This document shows positions 1-9,186 of a stretch of 64,000 nt of DNA, one piece after another. The position numbers were made by a program, and so were the translations under genes. The notes below the pieces were generated by a model, which was not told where the DNA came from, did not search any database, and saw only the letters and a program-made list of their open reading frames with translations. How positions within the stretch are numbered: position 1 is the first letter of the stretch; every line of letters begins with the position of its first letter. The DNA comes from an uncultured Desulfospira sp. Lineage in GTDB: Bacteria > Desulfobacterota > Desulfobacteria > Desulfobacterales > Desulfobacteraceae. The DNA lies in the NCBI GenBank assembly GCA_963663165.1, contig OY760175.1, forward strand, positions 64,001 through 128,000. Direction: 5' to 3'.

Positions 1-1
1 T

Positions 2-547
2 ATCCACAGCACCGGCGGTTATCATCACATTGCTGATAACACCGGCCTGGTTGGGACGGATAAATCCTGAGGGGGCGATGCCGCCTAAGGTGTCTGCATC
101 TGCTGCGTGGCCGGCCTCATCAGCCTTAAAGGCATAGGGGGTTGTGGTAAGCCTCTGCCGGGGAGAGAAAATTTCCATTTCACCTTTTTCCGGGTTACAC
201 GTGAGATTGTCGGGCGGGCATATCCTGACTTCAAGATAGCAGCCATCCCCACCTGAAAATGTGTTGATGTCAAACGGGTTATTTTTGTAATCAATTGACC
301 CGAGCAGGACCGTGTAAATCCCGTCCACCACCTCAACTTCATGGATTTCCGACCACAGCTCCGTGGTGGTTGAAGCGGTTTGAAAAACAGCAAATTGCAT
401 TAAATAGGTACCGTCGGCCACAGGGCCTGTGCTGTCACTGAGTTGCCCCTGGTGATTTAGGTAATTGGGGACATCTGCCATGGAAAAAGAACCAGTCAGA
501 CATAAAAAAGCCAGTGCAAAACAAAGAATACGCATCGCTTGTTTCAT
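2..547 (-). CDS. Secreted/surface protein, N-terminal part (runs off the left edge)
   Basis: Not in the ORF track; read manually from ATG at 547 with a GGAG RBS: MKQAMRILCFALAFLCLTGSFSMADVPNYLNHQGQLSDSTGPVADGTYLMQFAVF...RQRLTTTPYAFKADEAGHAADADTLGG. Signal peptide followed by the 'xxQGxLxD...G.y...F' and 'PYA' N-terminal module typical of large repeat/tail-fibre-like secreted proteins. Confidence 0.8.
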   Translation of the reverse strand, partial: MKQAMRILCFALAFLCLTGSFSMADVPNYLNHQGQLSDSTGPVADGTYLMQFAVFQTASTTTELWSEIHEVEVVDGIYTVLLGSIDYKNNPFDINTFSGGDGCYLEVRICPPDNLTCNPEKGEMEIFSPRQRLTTTPYAFKADEAGHAADADTLGGIAPSGFIRPNQAGVISNVMITAGAVD

Positions 548-577
548 TTTTTTCTCCAAATAATCAATTGTTAAAGC

Positions 578-2269
578 GTAACTACTCACCCCATAAAAAA
601 ATGCAAGAATTTAAAAAAAAGACTTGACAGGTTTTTTGAGGCCGATTTTAAAATTTTTTAAATGGTTGCCAAATCCTTTTTTAAAGCATGCTGGCGCTTA
701 TTTATCCAGAAATTTACCGTAAAATCATGACAGATGATGCCGAATACATAGAAAATCCGCTATAGAGCAAATCTCGAGCCGCCAAAAACCCGTGTTATAA
801 TAATGACATGGCAACGGTAGATAAAAATAGTGTTCGGGAAGAAATAGCCCGTCTAAAAAAGGATTTTGAAAATCTTTGTGCTGAGGGCAAAGTATCTCCT
901 GAGATGCGGGCTCTGATGAACAGCATGCTCCTTATTGTGGAATTGATACTATCTATCTTCCTTGAGAAAAAGACCCGCAAAGATAACAAAAACTCAAGTC
1001 TGCCGTCTTCACAAACATCTAAGGACGAGACCTCCAAATCAGATCCTGGAAGTAAAGGAAAGGGCAAAGAGGTCAGCGGTAAGCTTAGCAATGCCCGCAC
1101 AAAATCAACCGTCACCGTTGCGCAAGCTGTAACATGTAATGTATGTGGTCAGCCGCTTGATCAAACACCCTGCCAGGGATATGAGCGGCGTACCAAAATA
1201 GATATCATTTTTGAAAAAGTCGTGGATCATGTTGATGCCGAAATCAAAGAGTGCCCCAACTGTAACACGACGGTCAAAGGACAATTTCCAGAGGATATGC
1301 CAGGCCCTCTGCAATATGGGAATGGACTCAAAGCATTTGTCATTCACTTGATCATCAGCCAAATGGTTGCACTCAACCGAGTTCAAAAGCAGATTTCTGC
1401 AATGATCGGTGTGGTAATTTCAGAAGCAACCCTTCTAAAGTTTGTTTGGCGACTTTATCAAGCACTTGAAAGGTGGGAGGTCAAATCGATAGAAGACATT
1501 CTTCAGGCCCCATCAATTCATGTTGACGAGACATCCTTTCGGGTGGATCGAAAAAATCACTGGATACATGTGTATTCCTCCGGAGGCACCACCTTGAAGC
1601 TACTTCACCGAAAGCGAGGCAAGGAGGCGATAGTCGATTTGAATATTATTCCCCGCTATGGCGGGGTAATAATCCACGATTGCTGGGCATCATACCTGTC
1701 GTACGATCATTGTGGACATGGACTTTGTGGTTCCCATCTATTGAGGGAACTGACATTTATTGTTGAATCCAATCAGTACAGGTGGGCTGCTAATATGAAA
1801 AAGCTTTTACAGGAAACTTGTCATAAAGTAGCAAAGCGGGAAGAAAAGTGTTTGGCAGATAAAGAATACGCTAATTTGCAAAAACGATTCCGTAACATTC
1901 TTACACGAGGTGATAAAGAGCTGCCGGAAATCCCGCCAAAACCAAAAGGCAAACGCGGTAAAATGGCCAAATCAGATGCCCATAATCTGTGGGAAAGGCT
2001 TAAAAATAATGAAGCGGCCGTTTTGCTGTTTGCCAAGGACCCATATGTTCCATTCACTAATAATCGGGCAGAACGCGATCTTCGGATGGCAAAGGTAAAA
2101 CAGAAAATATCAGGTTGTTTTCGATGCCAGCAATATGCTCATGCTTATTGTCGGATTTCAAGCTACCTGCAAACCATGGCAAACAAAGGCGTGAATCCTC
2201 TTGTTGCCATTCAGCTTGCTTTGGCAGGTGAAATCCCCGGTGTCGATTTTGACCGGGGTGAGTAGTTAC
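578..2269 (+). mobile_element. IS66-family insertion sequence, single-ORF (ISBst12-like) type, 1692 bp
   Basis: Perfect 15-bp terminal IRs GTAACTACTCACCCC (578-592) and GGGGTGAGTAGTTAC (2255-2269), starting with the IS66-typical GTAA; 8-bp target duplication GTTAAAGC at 570-577 and 2270-2277. Confidence 0.95.
808..2265 (+). CDS. IS66-family DDE transposase
   Basis: NSSLPSS motif, zinc finger (CNVC...CPNC), catalytic motifs HVDET, IHDCW, CGSHLLREL and NNRAERDLR; stop codon lies inside the right IR. Confidence 0.95.
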   Translation: MATVDKNSVREEIARLKKDFENLCAEGKVSPEMRALMNSMLLIVELILSIFLEKKTRKDNKNSSLPSSQTSKDETSKSDPGSKGKGKEVSGKLSNARTKSTVTVAQAVTCNVCGQPLDQTPCQGYERRTKIDIIFEKVVDHVDAEIKECPNCNTTVKGQFPEDMPGPLQYGNGLKAFVIHLIISQMVALNRVQKQISAMIGVVISEATLLKFVWRLYQALERWEVKSIEDILQAPSIHVDETSFRVDRKNHWIHVYSSGGTTLKLLHRKRGKEAIVDLNIIPRYGGVIIHDCWASYLSYDHCGHGLCGSHLLRELTFIVESNQYRWAANMKKLLQETCHKVAKREEKCLADKEYANLQKRFRNILTRGDKELPEIPPKPKGKRGKMAKSDAHNLWERLKNNEAAVLLFAKDPYVPFTNNRAERDLRMAKVKQKISGCFRCQQYAHAYCRISSYLQTMANKGVNPLVAIQLALAGEIPGVDFDRGE

Positions 2270-2314
2270 GTTAAAGCATTAAATATTATCTTAAAATTTA
2301 AAATCACGGATTAA

Positions 2315-2330
2315 TGCACTTCATGAGCCA
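2315..2330 (-). promoter_or_regulatory. Putative sigma54 (-24/-12) promoter facing the gene at 547
   Basis: Minus strand TGGCTCATGAAGTGCA: GG-N10-GC spacing is exact; it would lie ~70 bp upstream of the ATG if the IS is removed. Confidence 0.5.
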
Positions 2331-2364
2331 GGTTATGCCATGGCCTTTTGTTTCATGTGATCTG

Positions 2365-2763
2365 TCACAGCCCCGGAAGAAGTAAAAACAGGTCGTCTCC
2401 GTCTACATCCCCTTCCCAGTCAATGTCGCAGCAGTTTGACGGGACAGCGGTGGTCTCTCCAAAGGATTGGGCAAATTTACTTAACGTGCACTCGCACTCT
2501 TCGGGCCTGACCTGGTACCAGAATCCCGGCTTCAGGGTATAGGAATCAGACGCCGGTAAAAAATCATTTGCTTCAACCGGAGTGGGCTGGCCAGTGGTGC
2601 TGATACTTTCATAGTGCTGAGAGACGATGGCACTGCCCCCTGCGGAGATGACACGGGCTTTAATTCCATAATGATCGCTTGCCATGTTTTGTGCCAGGAC
2701 CACCTGGCACCAGAGAAGACAGCTGAATACCGCTAAACAGACTTTATCCATAAGGAACCCCAT
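2365..2763 (-). CDS. Small secreted protein with C-terminal Ca-binding dockerin/EF-hand-like motif
   Basis: Signal peptide (VCLAVFSCLLWCQVVLA), SxxY...SAGG...SxxY...GQ module, C-terminal DIDWEGDVDGDDL. Confidence 0.7.
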   Translation of the reverse strand: MGFLMDKVCLAVFSCLLWCQVVLAQNMASDHYGIKARVISAGGSAIVSQHYESISTTGQPTPVEANDFLPASDSYTLKPGFWYQVRPEECECTLSKFAQSFGETTAVPSNCCDIDWEGDVDGDDLFLLLPGL

Positions 2764-2808
2764 AAAATTTAGGAATATACTCGATCAGAGAATGTCTTTC
2801 AGATATTT

Positions 2809-2824
2809 TGCAAAGATCGTGCCA
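2809..2824 (-). promoter_or_regulatory. Sigma54 promoter
   Basis: Minus strand TGGCACGATCTTTGCA matches the TGGCACG-N4-TTGCW consensus exactly; ~45 bp upstream of the 2763 start. Confidence 0.8.
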
Positions 2825-2942
2825 ATAAAAATCAACCCCGGTTATCTCCCCAGGGGATATCGAAAAATTTAAAACACTTTAAATACAGTCTGTTATATAT
2901 TTCCTCAAGGAAAGGCAAAAAAAGAGGCTATGGTAAATTTTA

Positions 2943-2976
2943 CATACAATTGTGAAAAAAAATTCACAATTGTATG
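2943..2976. promoter_or_regulatory. Palindromic operator/enhancer
   Basis: Perfect 14-bp IR CATACAATTGTGAA-N6-TTCACAATTGTATG, 120-150 bp upstream of the sigma54 promoter. Confidence 0.55.
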
Positions 2977-3042
2977 AACTTTTTTTCACACATAAAGATG
3001 GCCTTTGCGACACGGCAGGACAGCCGCCAATTGGTTGCACAA

Positions 3043-3732
3043 TTATGCCTGGTCCGGCCCTATATCCTTTTCTGCTTTATCTGCAATTTCTTGGGCAAAC
3101 GGGCCAAGATTGCCGTTGATATAGGCTCTCATTGTGGTTATGCAGAGCTGTTCCAATACAGTGTTTGTCCATTTTTCAGGGCAGTTCATCTCTTTTATCT
3201 TTTTTTTGACAGTAACTGCAGCCTTGATGCTTTCAGCCACAGCAAAGGTATTTAATTCCCGGATTTTTTCAATATCCCCATGTTCAACTATAAACGCGCC
3301 TGACATGAGATTTTTAATTGTATTGAAAATTTTTTCATCACAACGGTCAACAACCATAATGGCTTTTTGATTAGTGGAGATTGCCTGGGCATTTCCAATT
3401 ATTTTTGCGTCAATAAGGAAGGCATGCGTGCTGTGCAGTTTATCTGTACTGGCATTTGTGGCAAGATTAACTAGAACGGCCCCTTTTTTTACAATAGACA
3501 AAAGCTTGTTTACTGTATTTTGAATTAGATCTGCTGAAAGTACCAAAAAGACAATATCCGCGTTTTTTGCACCCTGCAAAGAAGTATCATAGGCACTGCC
3601 TGTTTTTTGCGCTGTTATCTTTGCTTTATCTAAATTTATATCGATAATGGTTTTGGGGTTTTTAGGGGGCAACTGTGTTGCAACAACAGATCCCATTCTT
3701 CCGGCGCCGATTACAGCAATGGTTTTTTCCAT
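3043..3732 (-). CDS. NAD(P)-binding Rossmann-fold protein (ProC/F420-oxidoreductase-like N-terminal domain)
   Basis: IAVIGAGRMG dinucleotide-binding motif, ADIVFLVL; start moved to MEKT at 3732 (GGAG RBS at 3740-3743); AT-rich. Confidence 0.7.
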   Translation of the reverse strand: MEKTIAVIGAGRMGSVVATQLPPKNPKTIIDINLDKAKITAQKTGSAYDTSLQGAKNADIVFLVLSADLIQNTVNKLLSIVKKGAVLVNLATNASTDKLHSTHAFLIDAKIIGNAQAISTNQKAIMVVDRCDEKIFNTIKNLMSGAFIVEHGDIEKIRELNTFAVAESIKAAVTVKKKIKEMNCPEKWTNTVLEQLCITTMRAYINGNLGPFAQEIADKAEKDIGPDQA

Positions 3733-3973
3733 GTAATAACTCCCTGGTATAGTCAAAAAAAGCATTATACCGGGCGAACCCGAATATTCCATGATTTTTT
3801 TGCCTTAGAGGCAAGGCACAGGCCGGGAATTTGTGATTTTGAAATTAACTTAAAAAATTCGGGGGATATTTACATGGAATCGCTAAAAAGCGAGGCGTAA
3901 ATGCGTAATAGGGGGGGGGGCGTGGCAACACCCCTCTGTATAATTTACTGCTGATCTGCTAATATGGCCTGCC

Positions 3974-5026
3974 ATGAACGAGACCACAGGCAAAATAGAT
4001 TTTAAACAGCTTTTGGACAGGATCCCGGACTGCCGGCCCGTGTGGCAAGACATTCTTGAAGAAGCGGTGCGGGAGCCGGCCGAACTTTGCCGCCGCCTGG
4101 GCATTTCAACCCAGGAAGCAGAGATGAACCCGGATTTTCCCATGGTTGTGCCCGAAACCTTCTGGCGGCGCATCAAGCCGGGGGATCCCAATGACCCGCT
4201 GCTGCTTCAGGTCCTGCCCCGAAAGGCGGAATCAGCGGTTCTTGAGGGGTTTACCACAGATCCTTTACAGGAGAATCAGAATGTCAGTCCCACAGGGATT
4301 TTATCCAAATACCAGGGCCGCAGCCTTATTGTGACCGGCCGGGCCTGCGGTGTTCACTGCCGGTTTTGCTTCAGGCGGCATCTGCCCCTTCCCAGGGACG
4401 GAGAGGGGGAAGGCCGTTTTACGGTTGATCCTGAAGCCATTGCCGCACAACTTTCAGTTGATCCTGAAATCCATGAGGTCATTCTCAGCGGCGGGGACCC
4501 ATTGATGATGAGTGATCTGAAGCTTTCAACCCTTATCCACCACCTTGACCAGGTCCCCCATCTGCGAAGGATCCGGATCCATACCCGGCTGCCGGTGGTC
4601 ATCCCCCACCGGGTTACAGAAGATCTGCTGGCCGTTTTGAGCAATCAAAAAAGGTGGGGCATGGGGGGGCGACGGCTTGTCGTACTGCACGTGAACCATG
4701 CCAATGAACTGGACGGCCGGGTTTACGAGGCCATAGAGAACCTGATCAATTGCGGGTGCAATGTGTTGAGCCAGACCGTGCTGCTGCGCGGGGTCAACGA
4801 TACGGTTCCGGCGCTGAAGACGCTGTTTGAAGCGCTGGTGGATTCAGGGGTGGTGCCCTACTATCTCCACCAGCTGGACCGGGTGGCCGGGGCCGCCCAT
4901 TTTGAGGTGCCTGTAAAAGAAGGCTGCCGCCTGATGGCCCAGCTTCGCGCTGAGTTGCCGGGGTATGCGGTTCCCCGCTATGTCCGGGAAATTCCCGGGG
5001 CCCCAGGCAAGGTGGTATTGATTTAG
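3974..5026 (+). CDS. epmB: KamA-family radical SAM lysine 2,3-aminomutase, EF-P beta-lysylation type
   Basis: DPLLLQVLP, SKY (PLP region), CGVHCRFCFRR, ILSGGDPL, HxNHANEL, PYYLHQLDRVAGAAHF. Confidence 0.85.
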   Translation: MNETTGKIDFKQLLDRIPDCRPVWQDILEEAVREPAELCRRLGISTQEAEMNPDFPMVVPETFWRRIKPGDPNDPLLLQVLPRKAESAVLEGFTTDPLQENQNVSPTGILSKYQGRSLIVTGRACGVHCRFCFRRHLPLPRDGEGEGRFTVDPEAIAAQLSVDPEIHEVILSGGDPLMMSDLKLSTLIHHLDQVPHLRRIRIHTRLPVVIPHRVTEDLLAVLSNQKRWGMGGRRLVVLHVNHANELDGRVYEAIENLINCGCNVLSQTVLLRGVNDTVPALKTLFEALVDSGVVPYYLHQLDRVAGAAHFEVPVKEGCRLMAQLRAELPGYAVPRYVREIPGAPGKVVLI

Positions 5027-5112
5027 TTTTTTTGTCAAAATTGACCTGACGGTAAAGATTTGCTAAACAATTTAAAGCGGTTTTATTCAACACCCCAACA
5101 GGGAGATTCAAA

Positions 5113-5502
5113 ATGGCCCTTCAGGTAGTGATGGGAGCAATGTTACAATGTTCTTTCGGCGCATCGCCGTGTTCCCTTGTGGTGCTTCCCACAAACAAAG
5201 TCCAGGGCGGCTATGTGCCCGCGGCCAATATCAACGACTACATACCGATTACCAATATTCCAGGGTTTGGCATGTGCTCCAATCCGGGCAATCCTGCCGT
5301 AGCCGCCGCCACATCGGCTGCCATGGGGGTTCTGACCCCCCAGGCATGTGTGCCGGCGACCGCCGCGCCCTGGACGCCGGGGGCCTCCACCGTATTGATC
5401 GGCAACATGCCCGCACTCAATGATACTTCAACCTGCATGTGCTCCTATGGCGGCACCATCAGCATCACCAATGCCGGCCAGACCAGCATAAACATCCCCT
5501 AA
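5113..5502 (+). CDS. DUF4280 (PAAR-like) domain protein
   Basis: GAxLxCSFG, NIPGFGMC, CVPA...PW, PAL...STCMCSYGGTISI...GQ pattern. Confidence 0.85.
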   Translation: MALQVVMGAMLQCSFGASPCSLVVLPTNKVQGGYVPAANINDYIPITNIPGFGMCSNPGNPAVAAATSAAMGVLTPQACVPATAAPWTPGASTVLIGNMPALNDTSTCMCSYGGTISITNAGQTSINIP

Positions 5503-5534
5503 AAAAAATCCACCCACAGGGGAGTGTATTTGTT

Positions 5535-6482
5535 GTGCCGGTCCGGACCTGCCTTATATATGATATTAAAAAATATGCGATCCATGATGGACCGGGGATC
5601 AGGACCACTGTCTTTTTCAAAGGCTGCCCCCTGTCCTGCCGCTGGTGCCACAATCCGGAAGGCATATCCCCTGTACCGCACCTGGTGCATCATCCGGACA
5701 AATGCATGGGGTGTGGTCTGTGTTGTGATGCCTGTCCGCAGAACGCTCTGGAACTTACCGTGTCGCAAGGTTCTAAAAGGATGGTCATTAATCAGGACAT
5801 CTGCCGGACCTGCGGCGACTGTACAAGGGCCTGCCCTGCCGGGGCGATGGCCCTGCAGGGGCAGGTGATAACGGTATCCGGGCTGGCCGACATTATGTTA
5901 AAAGACCGTATTTTTTATGACAGTTCCGGCGGGGGCGTGACCTTTTCCGGTGGAGAACCATTAGCCCAGGGGGAGGCGCTCATAGACCTGCTGACCCGAT
6001 GTAAGGCGGATGAGATTCACACCACCGTGGATACCAGCGGGTTTTCAAGCCGGGGGGTTTTAACGCGGGTATCGGCTCTGGCCGACCTGTTTTTGTATGA
6101 CTTAAAACTCATTGATGATGAGCGGCACCGGCAGTACACCGGGGTATCCAATCAGATGATTTTATCCAACCTGGAGTACCTGATGGTCCAGGGGGCTGAG
6201 GTTCTGGTCCGGATTCCCTTGATCCCGGGGGTCAATGACAGGAAAAAAGATCTGGAAGAATTCGCAGGTTTTCTGTCTGGCCTTGACCCCGTACCGCCGG
6301 TGGAGATTCTGCCTTACCACGATTTCCACTGGCCCAAATATGATAAGCTCGGCATTCCCTACAAGATGAAGGGCACCCTGGTACCGTCAAGAGCCCAGGT
6401 GGAAGAGGCCGGGGGAAAATTAGAACAATTCGGGTTGGCGGTGCAGCATCAGTTCCTGTCAACCGAAAAGACCGTAAAATGA
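5535..6482 (+). CDS. Glycyl-radical enzyme activating protein (radical SAM with 2x[4Fe-4S] insertion)
   Basis: HDGPGIRTTVFFKGCPLSCRWCHNPE, two CxxCxxCxxxC ferredoxin motifs, GGVTFSGGEP; start set to GTG 5535 after GGGGAG. Confidence 0.92.
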   Translation: MPVRTCLIYDIKKYAIHDGPGIRTTVFFKGCPLSCRWCHNPEGISPVPHLVHHPDKCMGCGLCCDACPQNALELTVSQGSKRMVINQDICRTCGDCTRACPAGAMALQGQVITVSGLADIMLKDRIFYDSSGGGVTFSGGEPLAQGEALIDLLTRCKADEIHTTVDTSGFSSRGVLTRVSALADLFLYDLKLIDDERHRQYTGVSNQMILSNLEYLMVQGAEVLVRIPLIPGVNDRKKDLEEFAGFLSGLDPVPPVEILPYHDFHWPKYDKLGIPYKMKGTLVPSRAQVEEAGGKLEQFGLAVQHQFLSTEKTVK

Positions 6483-6513
6483 CAGTATACCCGTCTGGGT
6501 AAAAGAGAACAAA

Positions 6514-8874
6514 ATGAACAGCAGAATTCAGAAATTAAGGGAAAAATCATTTGCCGCCGTGCCCTCCATTTCCATTGAACGGGCGGTATTGACCACACAA
6601 TTTTATAAAGAAAACTCAGGCAAGTATTCTCTTGCCGTACTGCGGGCATTAAATTTTAAAAATTTGTGTGAAAAAAAACAAATTTATATGGGCCAGGATG
6701 AATTAATTGTCGGGGAACGCGGCCCGTTTCCCAAGGCCGTCCCCACATTTCCCGAGTTGACCTGTCATTCGGCCGCCGATCTTGACACCTTGAACAGCCG
6801 GCCCATGACCCCGTATACCATTGGTCCAGAGGATATCGAGGTTTACCGGGAAACCGTCATCCCCTACTGGCAGGGGCGCAGCATGCGGGACCGGGTATTT
6901 TCCCATGTGCCCAAAGAATGGGAAGATGCCTATGGGGCAGGGCTTTTCACTGAATTTATGGAACAACGGGCCCCGGGCCATACCACCCTTGACGGGATGA
7001 TTTACGAAAACGGGATGCTGGATTTTAAGGCAAAGATTAAACATCAGCTTGACGGTCTTGATTTTATCCATGACCCTAAGGCCCTGGAAAAAGCCGAAGC
7101 GCTTAAGGCCATGGACATTTCATGTGATGCCGCCATGATTTTTGCCCGGCGCCACGCGGCCCTGGCAAAAGAAATGGCCGAGTCTGAAACAGATCCTGGA
7201 CGAAAAGCAGCGCTTAACCGGATCGCCGCTGTCTGCGAACGGATTCCGGCCCATGCCCCCGGGACCCTGTGGGAAGCTGTTCAAATGTACTGGTTTGTCC
7301 ACCTGGGCACCATTACCGAGCTCAACGGCTGGGATGCCATGAACCCCGGCCACCTGGACCAGCATCTGCTGCCCTTTTATGAAAGGGACCTTGCTTCAGG
7401 GCTTTTGGACCGGGAAGGGGCCAAAGAACTGATCTCCTGCCTGTGGATCAAATTCAACAACCATCCGGCCCCGCCCAAGGTCGGGGTGACGGCCAAGGAA
7501 AGCGGAACCTACAATGATTTTACCAATATCAACCTGGCCGGTTTAACCCGGGACGGGAGGGACGGTTCCAATGATTTGTCCTATCTGATTCTGGAGGTGG
7601 CCGATGATTTAAAGCTGCTCCAGCCCCAGTGCAATGTCCAGATCAGCGAAAAAACACCCCGGAAAATGCTCAAGGCCGCCTGCCGGGTGATCCGCAAGGG
7701 GTATGGATACCCGTCGGTGTTTAATGCGGACACGGTTGTCTTAGAGCAGGTCCGGGCCGGCAAAACCATTGAAGACGCCAGGGAAGGCGGGTGTTCCGGC
7801 TGTATTGAGACCGGGGCATTCGGCAAAGAAGCCTATATCCTGACCGGGTATCTGAATGTGCCCAAACTGCTGGAGCTTGCCTTAAACAATGGCAAAGATC
7901 CCTTAACCGGAAAACAGATCGGCATCAAAACCGGTGACCCTGAAACGTTTACCGCCTATGATCAGGTCTTTGCGGCATTTGCGGCCCAGCTCCACCATGG
8001 GGTGGCGTTGAAAATCGGTGTTAACAACTATATTGAGCAGATGTTTGCACAGCATTGCCCGGCCCCTTTTCTGTCCGTGGTGATCCGGGACTGTATTGAG
8101 AAAGGGAAAGATTACTACAACGGCGGCCCCCGGTACAACACCACCTATATCCAGTGCTGCGGCATTGGGACCATTACCGACAGCCTCTCTGCCATCAAAA
8201 AACATGTGTTTGAAGAAAAAACCGTATCCATGGGGGTGCTTTTAGATGCCCTGGCAAAGAACTTTGAAGGGCATGAGCCCTTGAGGATGCGCCTTTGGAA
8301 CAAGACCCCGTTTTTCGGCAATGACGATGATGGGGCCGATCACATCATGAAGGCGGTTTACGCAAGCCTTTTTGCCGCCATTGACGGACAGCCCAATACC
8401 AAGGGAACGACCTACCATTTGAACATGCTGTCCACCACCTGCCACGTTTATTTCGGCAAAATGCTCGGGGCTTCGGCCAATGGACGGTTTGCCGGCATGC
8501 CCATGTCCGACGGGACCTCTCCCTCCCATGGGGCGGACCGGAACGGGCCCACGGCCGTCATTAAATCCCTGGGCAAAATGGACCAGTCCAAATCCGGGGG
8601 CACCCTTTTAAACCAGCGGTTTTTGCCCCAGGTGCTGGAAACCGAGCCGGATCTGGACAAACTTTCCTGGCTGATCCGAAGCTATTTTAAGCTTGGCGGC
8701 CACCATATCCAGTTTAACATTGTGGACACAAAGACCCTAACAGATGCCCAGGCCCATCCGGACCAATACCGGGACCTTCTGGTCCGGGTGGCGGGATACA
8801 GCGATTATTTTGTGGATCTGGATCCGTACCACCAGGCCGAAATTATCAACCGCACCGCCCATGAGGCCCTTTAA
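6514..8874 (+). CDS. hypD: Glycyl radical enzyme, trans-4-hydroxy-L-proline dehydratase type
   Basis: RVAGYS glycyl loop, SGCIE Cys loop, and HypD-diagnostic segments FTEFMEQRAPGH, NGWDA, KESGTYNDF, ILTGY, MLSTTCH. Confidence 0.88.
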   Translation: MNSRIQKLREKSFAAVPSISIERAVLTTQFYKENSGKYSLAVLRALNFKNLCEKKQIYMGQDELIVGERGPFPKAVPTFPELTCHSAADLDTLNSRPMTPYTIGPEDIEVYRETVIPYWQGRSMRDRVFSHVPKEWEDAYGAGLFTEFMEQRAPGHTTLDGMIYENGMLDFKAKIKHQLDGLDFIHDPKALEKAEALKAMDISCDAAMIFARRHAALAKEMAESETDPGRKAALNRIAAVCERIPAHAPGTLWEAVQMYWFVHLGTITELNGWDAMNPGHLDQHLLPFYERDLASGLLDREGAKELISCLWIKFNNHPAPPKVGVTAKESGTYNDFTNINLAGLTRDGRDGSNDLSYLILEVADDLKLLQPQCNVQISEKTPRKMLKAACRVIRKGYGYPSVFNADTVVLEQVRAGKTIEDAREGGCSGCIETGAFGKEAYILTGYLNVPKLLELALNNGKDPLTGKQIGIKTGDPETFTAYDQVFAAFAAQLHHGVALKIGVNNYIEQMFAQHCPAPFLSVVIRDCIEKGKDYYNGGPRYNTTYIQCCGIGTITDSLSAIKKHVFEEKTVSMGVLLDALAKNFEGHEPLRMRLWNKTPFFGNDDDGADHIMKAVYASLFAAIDGQPNTKGTTYHLNMLSTTCHVYFGKMLGASANGRFAGMPMSDGTSPSHGADRNGPTAVIKSLGKMDQSKSGGTLLNQRFLPQVLETEPDLDKLSWLIRSYFKLGGHHIQFNIVDTKTLTDAQAHPDQYRDLLVRVAGYSDYFVDLDPYHQAEIINRTAHEAL

Positions 8875-8910
8875 CCGCCCCTGGGGCAGCCACAGCCCCT
8901 TCCGGTTTTT

Positions 8911-9090
8911 TTATATGAAAGTCTCACTAAGGTCCTGAAAAGACTTTCATTATTTGTTGTGGACGGTTCTTGGTTGGATAACCAAGGCGGCCCGTGGCCG
9001 TTATATGAAAGTATCACTAACTACCTGTAAAGACGTTCAATATTTGTTGTGGGCGGTTCCTGGTTGGATAACCAAGACGGCCCGTGGCCG
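8911..9090. repeat. Two tandem copies of a 90-bp hairpin-rich repeat
   Basis: Units 8911-9000 and 9001-9090 both begin TTATATGAAAGT and end CGGCCCGTGGCCG; same family inverted at 54448-54627. Confidence 0.92.
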
Positions 9091-9145
9091 TTATTTGACT
9101 TAATGGCCCAGTTATCCCATAACAGCCAAAACCTAACCATTACCC

Positions 9146-9173
9146 GCTAAAAGCTAATGGCTAACAGCTAAAA
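9146..9173 (+). repeat. GCTAAnn heptamer tandem repeat (4 units)
   Basis: gctaaaa gctaatg gctaaca gctaaaa, directly before the AAGGAG RBS of the MFS gene. Confidence 0.8.
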
Positions 9174-9186
9174 AAGGAGCCGTCCC

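Noticed and set aside
2950..2969. Rex or CRP site
   Set aside because: Half-sites match but the spacing is 2 bp too long for either; kept only as an unassigned palindrome
6514..8874. Pyruvate formate-lyase or choline TMA-lyase call
   Set aside because: Single-Cys SGCIE loop (no CC) and HypD-specific segments present
8911..9090. 90-bp repeats as a CRISPR array
   Set aside because: Units are similar along their whole length with no unique spacers; only 2-3 units per locus; no cas genes
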